This document shows positions 51,180-62,734 of a DNA stretch of 64,000 bases, in pieces (the first letter of the stretch is position 1; each line of letters begins with the position of its first letter). The DNA is from Octopus sinensis. Lineage: Eukaryota. Location of the stretch: positions 55,676,001 through 55,740,000 of the forward strand of contig NC_043002.1 of assembly GCF_006345805.1 (NCBI RefSeq). Direction: 5' to 3'. The notes beneath the pieces are model-generated. The model was given only the letters and a program-made list of their open reading frames with translations, made no database searches and was not told where the DNA came from. Made by a program: the position numbers and the translations under genes.

Positions 51180-52114
51180 AGTTTTTACTCAAGTAAAATT
51201 TTTTTTTAGATTTTATTCATAAGATCATCAAAATTCAGCTTACCAGGAGCACCAGCAATGTTAAGGCTGGCTCTGACCAATAATCCAAAAATATGAACAT
51301 TTGAGAAACATCACTTCAGAAATATCTCGGGGAAAATGCCTGTTCTTATTTGAATGAATTACAAAGTGACTTTGATGTCAAGAGTCAGTTTTTAAATAGG
51401 AATCTGATGGACTTCTACAAATACGGTCTGCCTCACACTCAATATCCAAATCTTACTTGCTACTCAAAACGCTTTCTCGTTTTGTTTGGTTCGACATGGA
51501 TATGTGAATACCTCTTCAGTCACATGTAATTGATAAAATTAAACAAAAGAAATTCTTTGAGTGATGCTCACCTCAAAGATGAACTCCGACTGGCCTTAAC
51601 AAATATTCCAGCAGACATTGAAAAGCTTCTTGATGACTCGAAACAATTTCAAGTTTCTCACTGATATTTTCATTCATTACTGGTATACATCTAAAATAAA
51701 ATTGTTTTATTATCGAAATACAAGCCATTTATTTGAACAAATGTTTGTTTTTTTAATCTTGATCAATTGTTAAATTTGTTTTATAGGATGTAAGGTTCTA
51801 AATCAAAATCTTTAATGGTCATTTCATATTCCTGTAATATCTGGAGACTATAATTTTTTGATAGCAGTGAAGAAGTAATAGAAATAGTATTATATGTAGG
51901 ACCCCTATGTTTAAATTGAATTATTAATTATAATTGTATAATGGATAATTTCTATAAATAGAATAATAGAATCAATGTTTTCAGTTCAGAATACTTTTTC
52001 AAACCATTTCAAATAGTTGTATTAAAAAATGAAAGGCTAGAAATGTGAGTCTGGCCCACTAGCATCGTTTTTTCTTAAATCTGGCCCATGTTCGGAAAAG
52101 GTTGGGCAGCACTG
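51180..52114 (+). mobile_element. hAT (SPIN/Buster/Charlie-like) transposon remnant: transposase C-terminus plus right end
   Basis: LNELQSDFDVKSQF..MDFYKYGLP..YPNL...LFGSTWICEYLFSHM*LIKLNKRNSLSDAHLKDELRL..QFQVSH* (stop at 51662-64). Terminal ctggccc subrepeats and ttgggcagcactg end at 52114. Confidence 0.85.
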
Positions 52115-52184
52115 TTTTACAGCAATATTATTTCCATTCCTTTTTTTTTTCTTATTGCCATCATTTTGTTTCTTTTCTCTATAG

Positions 52185-52316
52185 GCCCTTATAAGGAAAG
52201 ATATTGTTTGGGCTTCACTATAAGAGACTCTCTTGACTGGTTTATGAATGCGACATGTTGGGGGGAAAAACCTGCAGTCTTTTATCTATCTGAGTGTTTT
52301 AGAATTGGGGAAGTCA
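52185..52316 (+). CDS. MEIOB: MEIOB coding exon 3 (132 nt, phase 1-1)
   Basis: PYKERYCLGFTIRDSLDWFMNATCWGEKPAVFYLSECFRIGEV; compare human [49 protein letters not shown] boundaries. Confidence 0.95.
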
Positions 52317-54076
52317 GTAAGTATATATGGTCTTTATAGTCTTTCACACACCACACACACACACATACATATTATTTTATTCTTTTATTCTTTTACTTGT
52401 TTCAGTCATCAGATTGTGGCAATGCTGGGGCACCATCTTAAAGAATTTTAATCAAACAAATTGTCCCCAATACTAATTTTTTAAACAATCCTGGCACTTG
52501 TTCTATCAGCCTCTTTTCCCAAAATACTAAGTTAAGGGGACATAAACATGCCGACAGCAGTTGTCAAGCAGAGGTGGAGGACAAACGCAGACACAAAGAC
52601 ACACACACACACACACATATACATGTGTGTGTGTGTGTGTGTGTGTGAAGGTGCATGGCTTAGTGGTTAGGGCATTTGACTCATGATTGTAAGGTCATGA
52701 TTTCAATTCCCAGCAACGCAGTGTGTTCTTGAGCAAAACACTTTATTTCACATTGCTCCAATCCACTCAGCTAGCAGAAATGAGTAGTACCTGCATTTCA
52801 AAGGGCCAGCTGTGTCACACTCTGTGCCATGCTGAATCTCCCTGAGAACTACAATATGGCTACACGTGTCTGTGGAGTGCTCAGCCACTTGCACATTAAT
52901 TACATCAGCAAGCTGCTTCATTGATCATATCAGCTAGGGCCCTCATCGTCGTAACCAATGGAGTGCTCCTATGTGTGTGTGTGTGTGTGTGGTGTGTGTG
53001 TGTGTGTGTGTGTAATGGGTTCCTTCAATTTCCATCTACCAAATCCACTCACAAGGCTTTTGTTGACTCAAGGTTTTAGTAGAAGATACTTGCCTAAAGT
53101 ACCACAAAGTGAGACTGTCCAACCAGTGCCAGCATGGAAAGCTGACATTAAATGACGACGACGATGATGATGATAGTGGAGCGCTAAGAGTACCATACAA
53201 GTGTGATCATTGCCAGAGCAACAAGCTGGCCTCCGTACCAATGGCACGTAAAAAGTGTAATCGTTACCTGTGCCGCCTTACTAGCACTTGTGCTGGTGGC
53301 ACGTGAAAAAACATTCGAGCAAGGTTGATGCCAGTACCACTGGACTGGCTCCTGTGCAGGTGGCATGTAAAAAGAACCATTTAAGCATGGCCGCTGCCAG
53401 TACCACCTGACTGGCCCTCGTGCCAGTAGCACATAAAAGCACCCACTACACTCTCAGAGTGGTTGGCGTTAGGAAGGGCATCCAGCTGTAGAAACTCTGC
53501 CAGATCAAGATTGGAGTCTGGTGCAGCCATCTGGTTTGCCAGACCTCAATCAAATCATCCAACCCATGCTAGCATGGAAAGCAGACGTTAAATGATGATG
53601 ATGATGATATATATAGGTGCAGGAGTGGCTGTGTGGTAAGTAGCTTGCTTACCAACCACATGGTTCTGGGCTCAGTCCCACTGCGTGGCACCTTGGGCAA
53701 GTTTTCTTCTACTATAGCTTTGGGCTGACCAAAGCCTTGTGATCAGATTTGGTAGATGGAAACTGAAAGAAACCCATTGTATATATGTATATAAAAACAG
53801 ACATTAGCATGGAAAACAGACGTTAAACAATGATGATAATGATGATGATGATATATATGTATATGTGTGTCTGTGTTTGTCCCTGCGCAATTGCTTGACT
53901 ACCGATGCTGGTGTGTTTATGTCCTTGCAACTTAGCGGTTCAGCAAAAGAGTCCAATAGAATAAGTACTAGGCTTACAAAGAATAAGTCTTGGGGTTGAT
54001 TTGCTCAACAAAGGTGGTGCTCCAGCATGGCCGCAGTCAAATGACTGAAACAAGTAAAAGAATATATATATATATA

Positions 54077-55034
54077 TAAATGTAATATGTGACAATTATT
54101 CGTTAGCCATGATAAAACTCCAAGTTTCAGATGCTGAGGTGGAAATCCATGTCGCCATCTCTTCAGTTATCTAGCCATCAGAAAAATGCTATCCTTTCAA
54201 ATAATGGTCTTAAGCATGCAATGAACAAAATAAATGAATTCAATATAAATTCATCCTATTGTAAAATTGATGAAAACCTTAAATCAAAGAGTGGATTCAA
54301 AATACATATCTATATATATAAAACTGTAGTTGTGTGAGTGTCTGTCCCCTTCGATTTAGATTCCTAACTACTCCCACATTTTGCGATGCAGTTTAACCAA
54401 ATTCGGGTATCTTATAGTCGTGATTCATATCAAGCCCGTCTGGCTATTAGCACGCGTCTACGATGAGTCTACGATTTAAAAAATAATTTAACATCATTTT
54501 TTATTCCATTTTAATGCATAATTTTTCGTGTGTCGATGGCGGCAGAGTTGGCGTCCATGGTCACACCTGCACCTGTTTGCTTCTCCCCCCTTCTTCCCTC
54601 CCTCGTGAAGCTGTGGGGAAGGGAGTTAAGGGAATCAACATCGTAAAGCGTTGTCAAGGAGACCAGCGTTCTTTTAGAACAACGACTTCATGGCTTGAAG
54701 ACACCAAAACAGAAATGGCTAAGAAAGCCCGAATTGGCATCTGTAAGGGAAGTAACTCTCTAAAAATGCTTATATAGTTATTTCCCTTATAAACCCGAGC
54801 AACGCCGGGCGATACTGCTAGTTGTAAATAATTATATACGAAATATAATTCAATTAGCATATTAAAATTAAAATTTTCACGCTGCATTACATAAATATTT
54901 CACAACAGTATATACCCATAGTGCATTTTCCGATGGCCAGATAACTGAAGAGATAGCGGCGTGGATTTCCACCTCGGCATCCGAAACTCAGAGTTTTATC
55001 ATGGCTAACAAATAATTGTCACATATTACATTTA
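54077..55034. mobile_element. Foldback/MITE with ~110-bp terminal inverted repeats, interrupted by a Helitron
   Basis: taaatgtaatatgtgacaattatt..ttagccatgataaaactc.. at 54077 mirrors ..gagttttatcatggctaa..aataattgtcacatattacattta ending at 55034. Confidence 0.8.
54309..54821 (+). mobile_element. Non-autonomous Helitron
   Basis: A|TC start; cccgagcaacgccggg hairpin, then cgatactgCTAG|T end. Confidence 0.85.
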
Positions 55035-55287
55035 CAGATAAATTCCTCTATTTACATAATATTGAGGTCTCTTTCTTTCTTTTGTTGTATTACCATTTTT
55101 ATCAATATATATATATATATATTAGTTATCGCCATACTAATATGGCATTCTTATAAAAATAAGAATAAAGCTGACCACTTATTAGCTCCATGAGGCCATC
55201 GCCTTAAGTTAGCTATTTGATACACAAACTGTATCCATATAACCTTTGAACAAGGGAGGTCAGTCGCTCCACACTACTTGGCCGGCA

Positions 55288-55329
55288 GCTACAGACGCAT
55301 TTCGGGGTATTGCCCCTTTTCAATGCAGC
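55288..55329 (-). ncRNA. U3:A8 type I hammerhead (stem III C>U variant)
   Basis: Minus strand GCUGCA UUGAAAA GGGG CAAUA CCCC GAAA UGCG UC UGUAGC. Confidence 0.7.
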
Positions 55330-55649
55330 GTAGCCAAACCAGTAGGTGTCGCTTCCGACAATCTCTGTTCAAAGGTTTTATTTACCTAGCTTCGGTGGAA
55401 TACATCTACTTGTTTTCAATAATAGAAATATTAAAATAACTAAGTCTCTCTAAAAGAGAACAACGGCAGCGTTCCCGGAAAACATTAGTTATCGCCATAC
55501 TAATATGGCATTCTTATAAAAATAAGAATAAAGCTGACCACTTATTAGCTCCATGAGGCCATCGCCTAAGTTAGCTATTTGATACACAAACTGTATCCAT
55601 ATAACCTTTGAACAAGGGAGGTCAGTCGCTCCACACTACTTGGCCGGCA

Positions 55650-55691
55650 GCTACAGACGCGTTTCGGGGTATTGCCCCTTTTCAATGCAGC
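55650..55691 (-). ncRNA. U3:A8 type I hammerhead
   Basis: Minus strand GCUGCA UUGAAAA GGGG CAAUA CCCC GAAA CGCG UC UGUAGC. Confidence 0.8.
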
Positions 55692-55971
55692 GTAGCCAAA
55701 CCAGTAGGTGTCGCTTCCGACAATCTCTGTTCAAAGGTTTTATTTACCTAGCTTCGGTGGAATACATCCACTTGTTTTCAATAATAGAAATATTAAAATA
55801 ACTAAGTCTCTCTAAAAGAGAACAACGGCAGCGTTCCCGGAAAATATTTAGAGAGACTTAGTTATTTTAATATTTCTATTATTGAAAACAAGTGGATGTA
55901 TTCCACCGAAGCTAGGTAAATAAAACCTTTGAACAGAGATTGTCGGAAGCGACACCTACTGGTTTGGCTAC

Positions 55972-56013
55972 GCTGCATTGAAAAGGGGCAATACCCCGAA
56001 ACGCGTCTGTAGC
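55972..56013 (+). ncRNA. U3:A8 type I hammerhead, sense to MEIOB; predicted cut after 56007
   Basis: GCTGCA TTGAAAA GGGG CAATA CCCC GAAA CGCG TC^TGTAGC. Stem I extends through TTGGC/GCCAA and CTAC/GTAG. Confidence 0.8.
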
Positions 56014-56334
56014 TGCCGGCCAAGTAGTGTGGAGCGACTGACCTCCCTTGTTCAAAGGTTATATGGATACAGTTTGTGTATCAAATAGCTAACTTAAGGC
56101 GATGGCCTCATGGAGCTAATAAGTGGTCAGCTTTATTCTTATTTTTATAAGAATGCCATATTAGTATGGCGATAACTAATATTTTCCAGGAACGCTGCCG
56201 TTGTTCTCTTTTAGAGAGACTTAGTTATTTTAATATTTCTATTATTGAAAACAAGTGGATGTATTCCACCGAAGCTAGGTAAATAAAACCTTTGAACAGA
56301 GATTGTCAGAAGCGACACCTACTGGTTTGGCTAC

Positions 56335-56376
56335 GCTGCATTGAAAAGGGGCAATACCCCGAAACGCGTCTGTAGC
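56335..56376 (+). ncRNA. U3:A8 type I hammerhead, sense to MEIOB; predicted cut after 56370
   Basis: Identical motif 363 nt downstream of the previous copy. Confidence 0.8.
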
Positions 56377-56602
56377 TGCCGGCCAAGTAGTGTGGAGCGA
56401 CTGACCTCCCTTGTTCAAAGGTTATATGGATACAGTTTGTGTATCAAATAGCTAACTTAAGGCGATGGCCTCATGGAGCTAATAAGTGGTCAGCTTTATT
56501 CTTATTTTTATAAGAATGCCATATTAGTATGGCGATAACTAATATTTTCCGGGAACGCTGCCGTTGTTCTCTTTTAGAGAGACTTAGTTATTTTAATATT
56601 TC

Positions 56603-56644
<42 letters not shown>

Positions 56645-56708
56645 TTGACATATGTTACGTTTTAACTGTATTTAACCTATTCCTTTTGATTTAAATTTTT
56701 GTTTCTAG

Positions 56709-56778
56709 TTGAAATAAAAAATGCAATGGTTATGGCAGCCACATCATTTGATGAAAAGTTTAGACCATGGACCTCAAG
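56709..56778 (+). CDS. MEIOB: MEIOB coding exon 4 (70 nt, phase 1-2)
   Basis: ttttgtttctAG|IEIKNAMVMAATSFDEKFRPWTS|GTATAA; compare human [25 protein letters not shown]. Phases fit both neighbours. Confidence 0.88.
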
Positions 56779-56837
56779 GTATAAAAATAGCTTCCATCTT
56801 TCTCTTAACTTCTCCCTCAGTTCATAAAATTTACTAT

Positions 56838-56875
<38 letters not shown>

Positions 56876-56962
56876 ACACACACACACATGCAGTCACCTT
56901 TAACACAGCAAAAACAACAGCTAAAAGCCTTCTCTTCGGTGCCAGTTACTGATCCTCAACAG

Positions 56963-57216
56963 CAGCAGTTCCCAACCATTTTTTGCCTATGGATCCCTTT
57001 GATTTCTATTTTACTCAGGTGGACCCTCATAATCATTCATTGTTTAAAAATACCCTACTACATTTATAGCATTAAACATTATTTGGAATTGTATAAAAAA
57101 AAATTTTAACATTTTGTGTATTGTAGAAGTATAATCGAATTATTGCAGATAGATTTTAACAACAAAATCTTGTATGGACCCACAGGGGCTATATGGACTC
57201 TGGTTGAGAACAGCTG
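56963..57216. mobile_element. hAT (Charlie-type) MITE
   Basis: TIRs cagcagttcccaacc / ggttgagaacagctg; partial second copy at ~47930-48045. Confidence 0.7.
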
Positions 57217-57242
57217 ATCTACAAGATATATGTGCAGATAAT

Positions 57243-57655
57243 AGGGCAGTGAGCTGGCAGAATTGTTAGCATGCCTGGTAAAATGCTTAGCAGTATTTCA
57301 TCTGCCATCACATTCTGAGTTCAAATTCTGCTGAGGTCGACTTTGCCTTTCATCCTTTCGAGGTCGATAAATTAAGTACCAGTTACGCACTGGGTCAATG
57401 TAATCGACTTGATCCATTTGTCTTTCCTTGTTTGTCCCCTCTGTATTTAACCCCTTGTGGGTAGTAAAGAGATAGGTATTTCATCTGCCATTACATTCTG
57501 AGTTCAAATTCTGCTATGGTTGACTTTGCCTTTCATCCTTTCAGGGTTGATTAAATAAGTACCAGTTACACATTGGGGTCGATGTCATTGACTTAATACC
57601 TTTGTCTGTCCTTGTTTGTCCCCTCTATATTTAGCCCCCGTATGGGCAATAAAGA
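57243..57655 (+). mobile_element. Head-to-tail dimer of family B SINE
   Basis: Two consecutive ctgagttcaaattctgct..gactttgcctttcatcctttc..aagtaccagttac units. Confidence 0.8.
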
Positions 57656-57687
57656 AATAAATATATGTGGTGGTGGTGGTGGTGGTT

Positions 57688-57698
57688 GATGATGATGG

Positions 57699-57793
<95 letters not shown>

Positions 57794-57848
57794 TTGATGA
57801 TGATGATTGATGATGATTGATGATGATGATGGTGATGGTGATGATGAT

Positions 57849-57892
<44 letters not shown>

Positions 57893-57916
57893 GATAATGA
57901 TGATGATGATGATGAT

Positions 57917-57966
<50 letters not shown>

Positions 57967-58052
57967 GTGATGATTGATGATGATGATGATGATGATTGAT
58001 GATGATGATGATGATGATGATTGATGATGATTGATATTGATGATGATGATGA
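57688..58052. repeat. ~365-bp (GAT)n microsatellite ending ~35 nt before MEIOB exon 5
   Basis: Directly visible. Confidence 0.95.
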
Positions 58053-58087
58053 TGGTTACAACAGAAATGTTTCCTATATTTCAACAG

Positions 58088-58277
58088 TCCTCTGAGTTTG
58101 AACATCAGTGATGCAGGTAACATAATCATATACACAGGGCCTGACAGAGAGCAATACCTTTGTTACAGTCACTTACCAACTAAAATTTACCGAGACTATT
58201 ACACTCTAGAAGACATCAACATCAATGGACAATCCCTACATGGTGAACATGTTAATTTACTGGTAGCAGTGAAGAAG
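58088..58277 (+). CDS. MEIOB: MEIOB coding exon 5 (190 nt, phase 2-0)
   Basis: ..SHLPTKIYRDYYTLEDININGQSLHGEHVNLLVAVKK; compare human [45 protein letters not shown] boundaries. Confidence 0.95.
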
Positions 58278-59962
58278 GTAAGAATATCTTATCTTGATTT
58301 ATTTCATTGTTGTCATTGTTTTAATGTCCACTTTTCCATGCCTGCATGAGTCAGAGATGGAATTCATCAGAACAGGACTGGATTCCCAAAAAGGCGGCAA
58401 GCTAGCAGGAAACATTAGCACACCAGGGGAAATGTTTAGTGGTATTTCATCTGTCTTTATGTTCTGAGTTCAAATTCTGCCGAGGTCGACTTTGCCTTTT
58501 ATCCTTTCAGGGTTGATAAATTAAGTACCAGTTGCATACTGGGTCGATCTAATTAACTGGCCCCACCTTTCCCCAAAATTTCAGGCCTTGTGCCTAGTGC
58601 AGAAAAGGACTGGATCCCATCTCTTCACCTGTTTCCAAAGAAAGTAATGTGTTTCCCCATGGCTGGACATATTTTCGTAGAAGACTGGATACAAATGATA
58701 CCTCTTGTATGACAGTGATACTCACTTACAGCCATCATGTAATGTCAGGACAAACACACACACACAAATATAAGATGGGCTCCTTTCAGTTTCCATTGAC
58801 CAAATTCACTCATAAGGCTTTGGCTGGCCAAGTACTGTAGCTGAAGATACCTGCCCAAGGTGCCATGTAGTAGGACTGAACCTAAAACCATGTAGTTAAA
58901 AAGCAAGCTACTTAACTACAACACATCCACACCTGCCCCTTTGAAATTTATAGTGATTTATTTGTATCCAACTTCCCATCCTAGGATGATGTTTGAAACT
59001 GTGCAAGACACAATGAAAGTAAGATAAGTGTGATTTGAAACCCCCAAAATGGTTTAATTTGTTAAGCTGCCTCCTTGTCAACAATCAGCATAACAACAAC
59101 TGTAAACTCCTGGTCATGTTTCTTTTATTATTGTACACTGCATAGGCATGGCTGCGTGGTAAGAAACTTGCTTCCCAACCACATGATTCCAGGTTCAGTC
59201 CCACTGCACCCCTTGGGTAAGTGATTTCTACTATAGTGAGAATTTACAAAAAAACAAAAGACGAAGACTGCTGTGTAAACAACAAACAGATGTATTAGTT
59301 TAACGTTCGGGAAGTGAGAAAGTCTTTTACATTTCAAACCTACGCTCTTCAACAGAAAAGAACACAGAAATGAACAAGGAGAGAAAATAAAAAAAGGTTT
59401 TGTGGCTAGTAATCTATCATGGCAAATGCCGGACAGAGGGGTCACACAGGAGAGCTAAGAAGAAGGGGAGATAATAAAGTAGTGGTGATCCCTAAATGAA
59501 GGTGTATGTGCATATGTAAGAGCATGTATGTGCATGTGGATAGGGTCTGGTAACCTTGACGTGTGCATGTGTAGGTGTGTGTGCACTGGTGTGGGTGCGG
59601 GAAGTGGTCAGTGTGAGTGTGTGTGGGGTGGTGTGTGGTGGTGCTGGGGTGTGGGGGAGGCGAGAGTGTTTGTGTCTGTGTGTGTGTGTTTGTGTTTCTC
59701 CCCCACCATTATTTGACAACAATGCTGGTGTGTTTATGTCACTGTAACTTAGCAGTTCGGCAAAAGAGACCGATAGAATAAGTACTAGGCTTACAAAGAA
59801 TAAGTCCTAGAGTTAATTTCTTTGACTAACACCCTTTAAGGTGGTGCTCCAGCATGGCCACAGTCAAATGACTGAAACAAATAAAAAGAAAAGGTTTTTA
59901 ATTTTTAAATAAAGTAATTTACCAAAATTATTTATTGTTCCTTAATGATTGTGTGTGTGCAC

Positions 59963-59996
<34 letters not shown>

Positions 59997-60609
59997 AAAA
60001 AACTAGGAGAGAGAAGAGAGAGAGAGGGGGAAGTGAGAGAGACCTTTTCTCAATTTTTATTGATTTCAGTTTTTAATATTTCAATTAATTGGCAAATTTA
60101 TTAATAGGAGACAGAAACTGAAAGAACACCATCGTGTGTGTGTGTGTGTGTGTGCGTGTGTCTGTCTGTCTGTCCGTCTGTTTGTCTGTCCCCCCACCAT
60201 CGCTTAACAACCAATGCTGGTGTGTTTATGTCCCTGTAACTTAGCAATTTGGCAAAAGAGACCAATAGAATAAGTACTTGGCTTACAAAGAATAAGGGGT
60301 TGATTTGTTTTACTAAAGGCAGTGCTCCAGCATGGCTACAGTCAAATGATTGAAGCAAGTAAAAGAATAAAAAAATAAAAGAATATATGTATGTAACTTT
60401 GTGTTCATCCAGCACCACGGCCACTTATCAACCAGTGTTGGTTTGTTTATATCCCTGTAATTTGACAGTTCAGCAAAAAAGAATGATAGAATAAGTACCA
60501 GGCTTAAGAAAAAATAAGAACTGGAGTTGATTTGTTCAACTGAACCCTTCAAGGTGGTGCCCCAGGATGGCCACAGTTCAATGACTGAAATGCTTGCTTT
60601 GCTTAAGTG

Positions 60610-61030
60610 CAGTCCATCTTGACAGATGACGACGTCAACTTTGATCCTTAAAGGTTGTCTTGATGTCATTGGCAGGCCCTCTCGTAGCTGAAAAGGCCAA
60701 TTCTGGAGGCACATGTCCGATTACACCGAGAGCAGCAAAGAGGGCTCTGATGGAGATGAGCTCATCTTAGGATTTTGCTGACGTTCCTTGAGCTGTCACT
60801 GCTTTTCTTCGCAAAGTCTAGCCCACTCATCCTCTAAATGCTGCATACCAGTTTGGACCTACCCCATCCAGGTAGTACGTTCTGTGGCCAGCGTTTCTAG
60901 TTCACCAGGGAAGATATTGCAGAGCTTCAGGGATTTCTTGAGATGATCTTTATATCGCTTCTTTGAACCTCCGTGCAGTCAGTTATCCACTGCTAACTCC
61001 CCAAAAAGCACAATCTTGGGTGTATGGCTT
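60610..61030 (-). mobile_element. RTE (BovB-like) LINE 3' end
   Basis: Minus strand IIRMPESHTPKIVLFGEL....HGGSKKRYKDHLKKSLKLCNI...LETLATERTTW. Confidence 0.8.
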
Positions 61031-61174
61031 TCTGGCATCCTGATAATGACTGAAATAGGTAAAGGATAACAGACAGAAGTCTCTTAATGAATGAATGTGT
61101 GTGTGCACATGTGTGTAAGAGAGATTTTGTTTCAGTTTTTCTTAGTTTAATTGATTGTGTTTTTGTATTGCCAG

Positions 61175-61275
61175 GTAAATGAAGTAAGAAATATTAAAAC
61201 CAAAACAGGGAAACAAATGAAACAATGTGAAGTGAAACTGTTTGATGAGACTTGTTCCACATTTACATTAATGCT
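61175..61275 (+). CDS. MEIOB: MEIOB coding exon 6 (101 nt, phase 0-2)
   Basis: VNEVRNIKTKTGKQMKQCEVKLFDETCSTFTLM; compare human [41 protein letters not shown] boundaries. Confidence 0.95.
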
Positions 61276-61707
61276 GTAAGTTATTTTTGTATATTTTCAT
61301 TGCACTGGTATGAAACAACAGTCATGGCTGATGCCAGTGCCGTCTGACTGGTACCTGTGCCGGTGGCACATAAAAGCACCATTAGAGTTTGGGCCTCAAG
61401 GAAGCAGCAACAGGTGACCAAGACCTCTGGCAATATACCATGCTTGTGTAGACCTGTCAAGCCAAGTGAGACAGTAACTGTGGCCGATGTTAGTGTCAGG
61501 TCAATGACACCTGTACTGGTAGCACATAAAAAAAGCACCCACTACACACTCAGAGCAGTTGGCATTAGGAAGGGCATCCAGCTGTAGAAACCTTGCCAAA
61601 TCAGATCACAATCTAGTGCAGCCTCCCCCCACCACCACCACCATCCCCGGCTTACCAGTTTCCAGTCAAACAGTCCAACCCATGCCAGCATGGAAAGTGG
61701 ACCTTAA

Positions 61708-61742
<35 letters not shown>

Positions 61743-62681
61743 ATATTGCTCTACATATTTCTCTAATGTGAAGTGTTCTTGAGCAAAACACTTCATCTCA
61801 TGTTGTTCTGTGATCACTTAAACACCTGACACATGGTATGCTGTGCACCAGTTCAGGCAACTACAAATTCTTCTCAGACTACAAGTGACTACCACCACCA
61901 CCACCACTACCACCACCAATTCCAACACCACCATCATCATCGTTTTTACACTCTCTTCACTGAGGCAGATTTTTCATGGCTAGATACCTTCCTGTCACCA
62001 ACCCTCACCTGTTCCTAAGCAAGTATATTTCTGTTAGGCCTTGGAATATGTACAGCACAATGGCTGGACATAATTTTTGGGAAGATTGCAAATGAATGGT
62101 TTCGTTTCCATGGTGGTGGTGTTTGTTGACAAGGCAACACAAACTTACACACACACACACACACACAAAGCAGGATTCTTTCAGTTCCCATCTACCAAAT
62201 CCACTCACAAGGCTTTGGTCAGCACTATGCCGTGTCCCTGCAAAAAGACATTTAACTGCCAATGACTCGGTCCCCTTCATTGTAAACAGAGCCATACACT
62301 TACTCTCTTGAAAGCACCATCAACCAGTTTTATCATTATTTGTCAATTCTTAACTCAAATCTTCTCAAAGGTTTCAAGATCATATGAAACCATTTCATTG
62401 TGTTTTCATTTCTTTTTAATTTCTGTCTAAACACGATCAATTTCACTGATGTCTCAACAATTCCATAGCATTTTTCTTTAATCTTTTTACATGTTTCAGC
62501 CATTAGGCTCTGGCCATGTTGGGGCACTGCCTTGAAGAACTATTGGTTGAATGAATCAGCTCTATATTTCTTTTTTTTTTTTTTTGAAAGCATGTGGTTG
62601 GGAATCAATATATATAGCCTTGTCTGTGCCTATATATTGTATTGTATTTGAATATTATGAGATGTTTTTGTTGTTTTATAG

Positions 62682-62734
62682 ATGGGATGATCAACTCATC
62701 AACAATGCATTATCTTGGCTTTCAAACCAAACTG
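62682..62734 (+). CDS. MEIOB: MEIOB coding exon 7 (53 nt, phase 2-1); the gene continues beyond the window
   Basis: (L)WDDQLINNALSWLSNQT; compare human [26 protein letters not shown] boundaries. Confidence 0.92.

Larger units (their letters stand above)
55121..56607. mobile_element. Family 3 array: two ~362-bp monomers, then two inverted monomers plus a partial one (arms 55121-55813 / 55849-56543), one hammerhead per monomer
   Basis: Directly visible tandem and inverted copies, flanked by (TA)n; lies in MEIOB intron 3. Confidence 0.92.
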
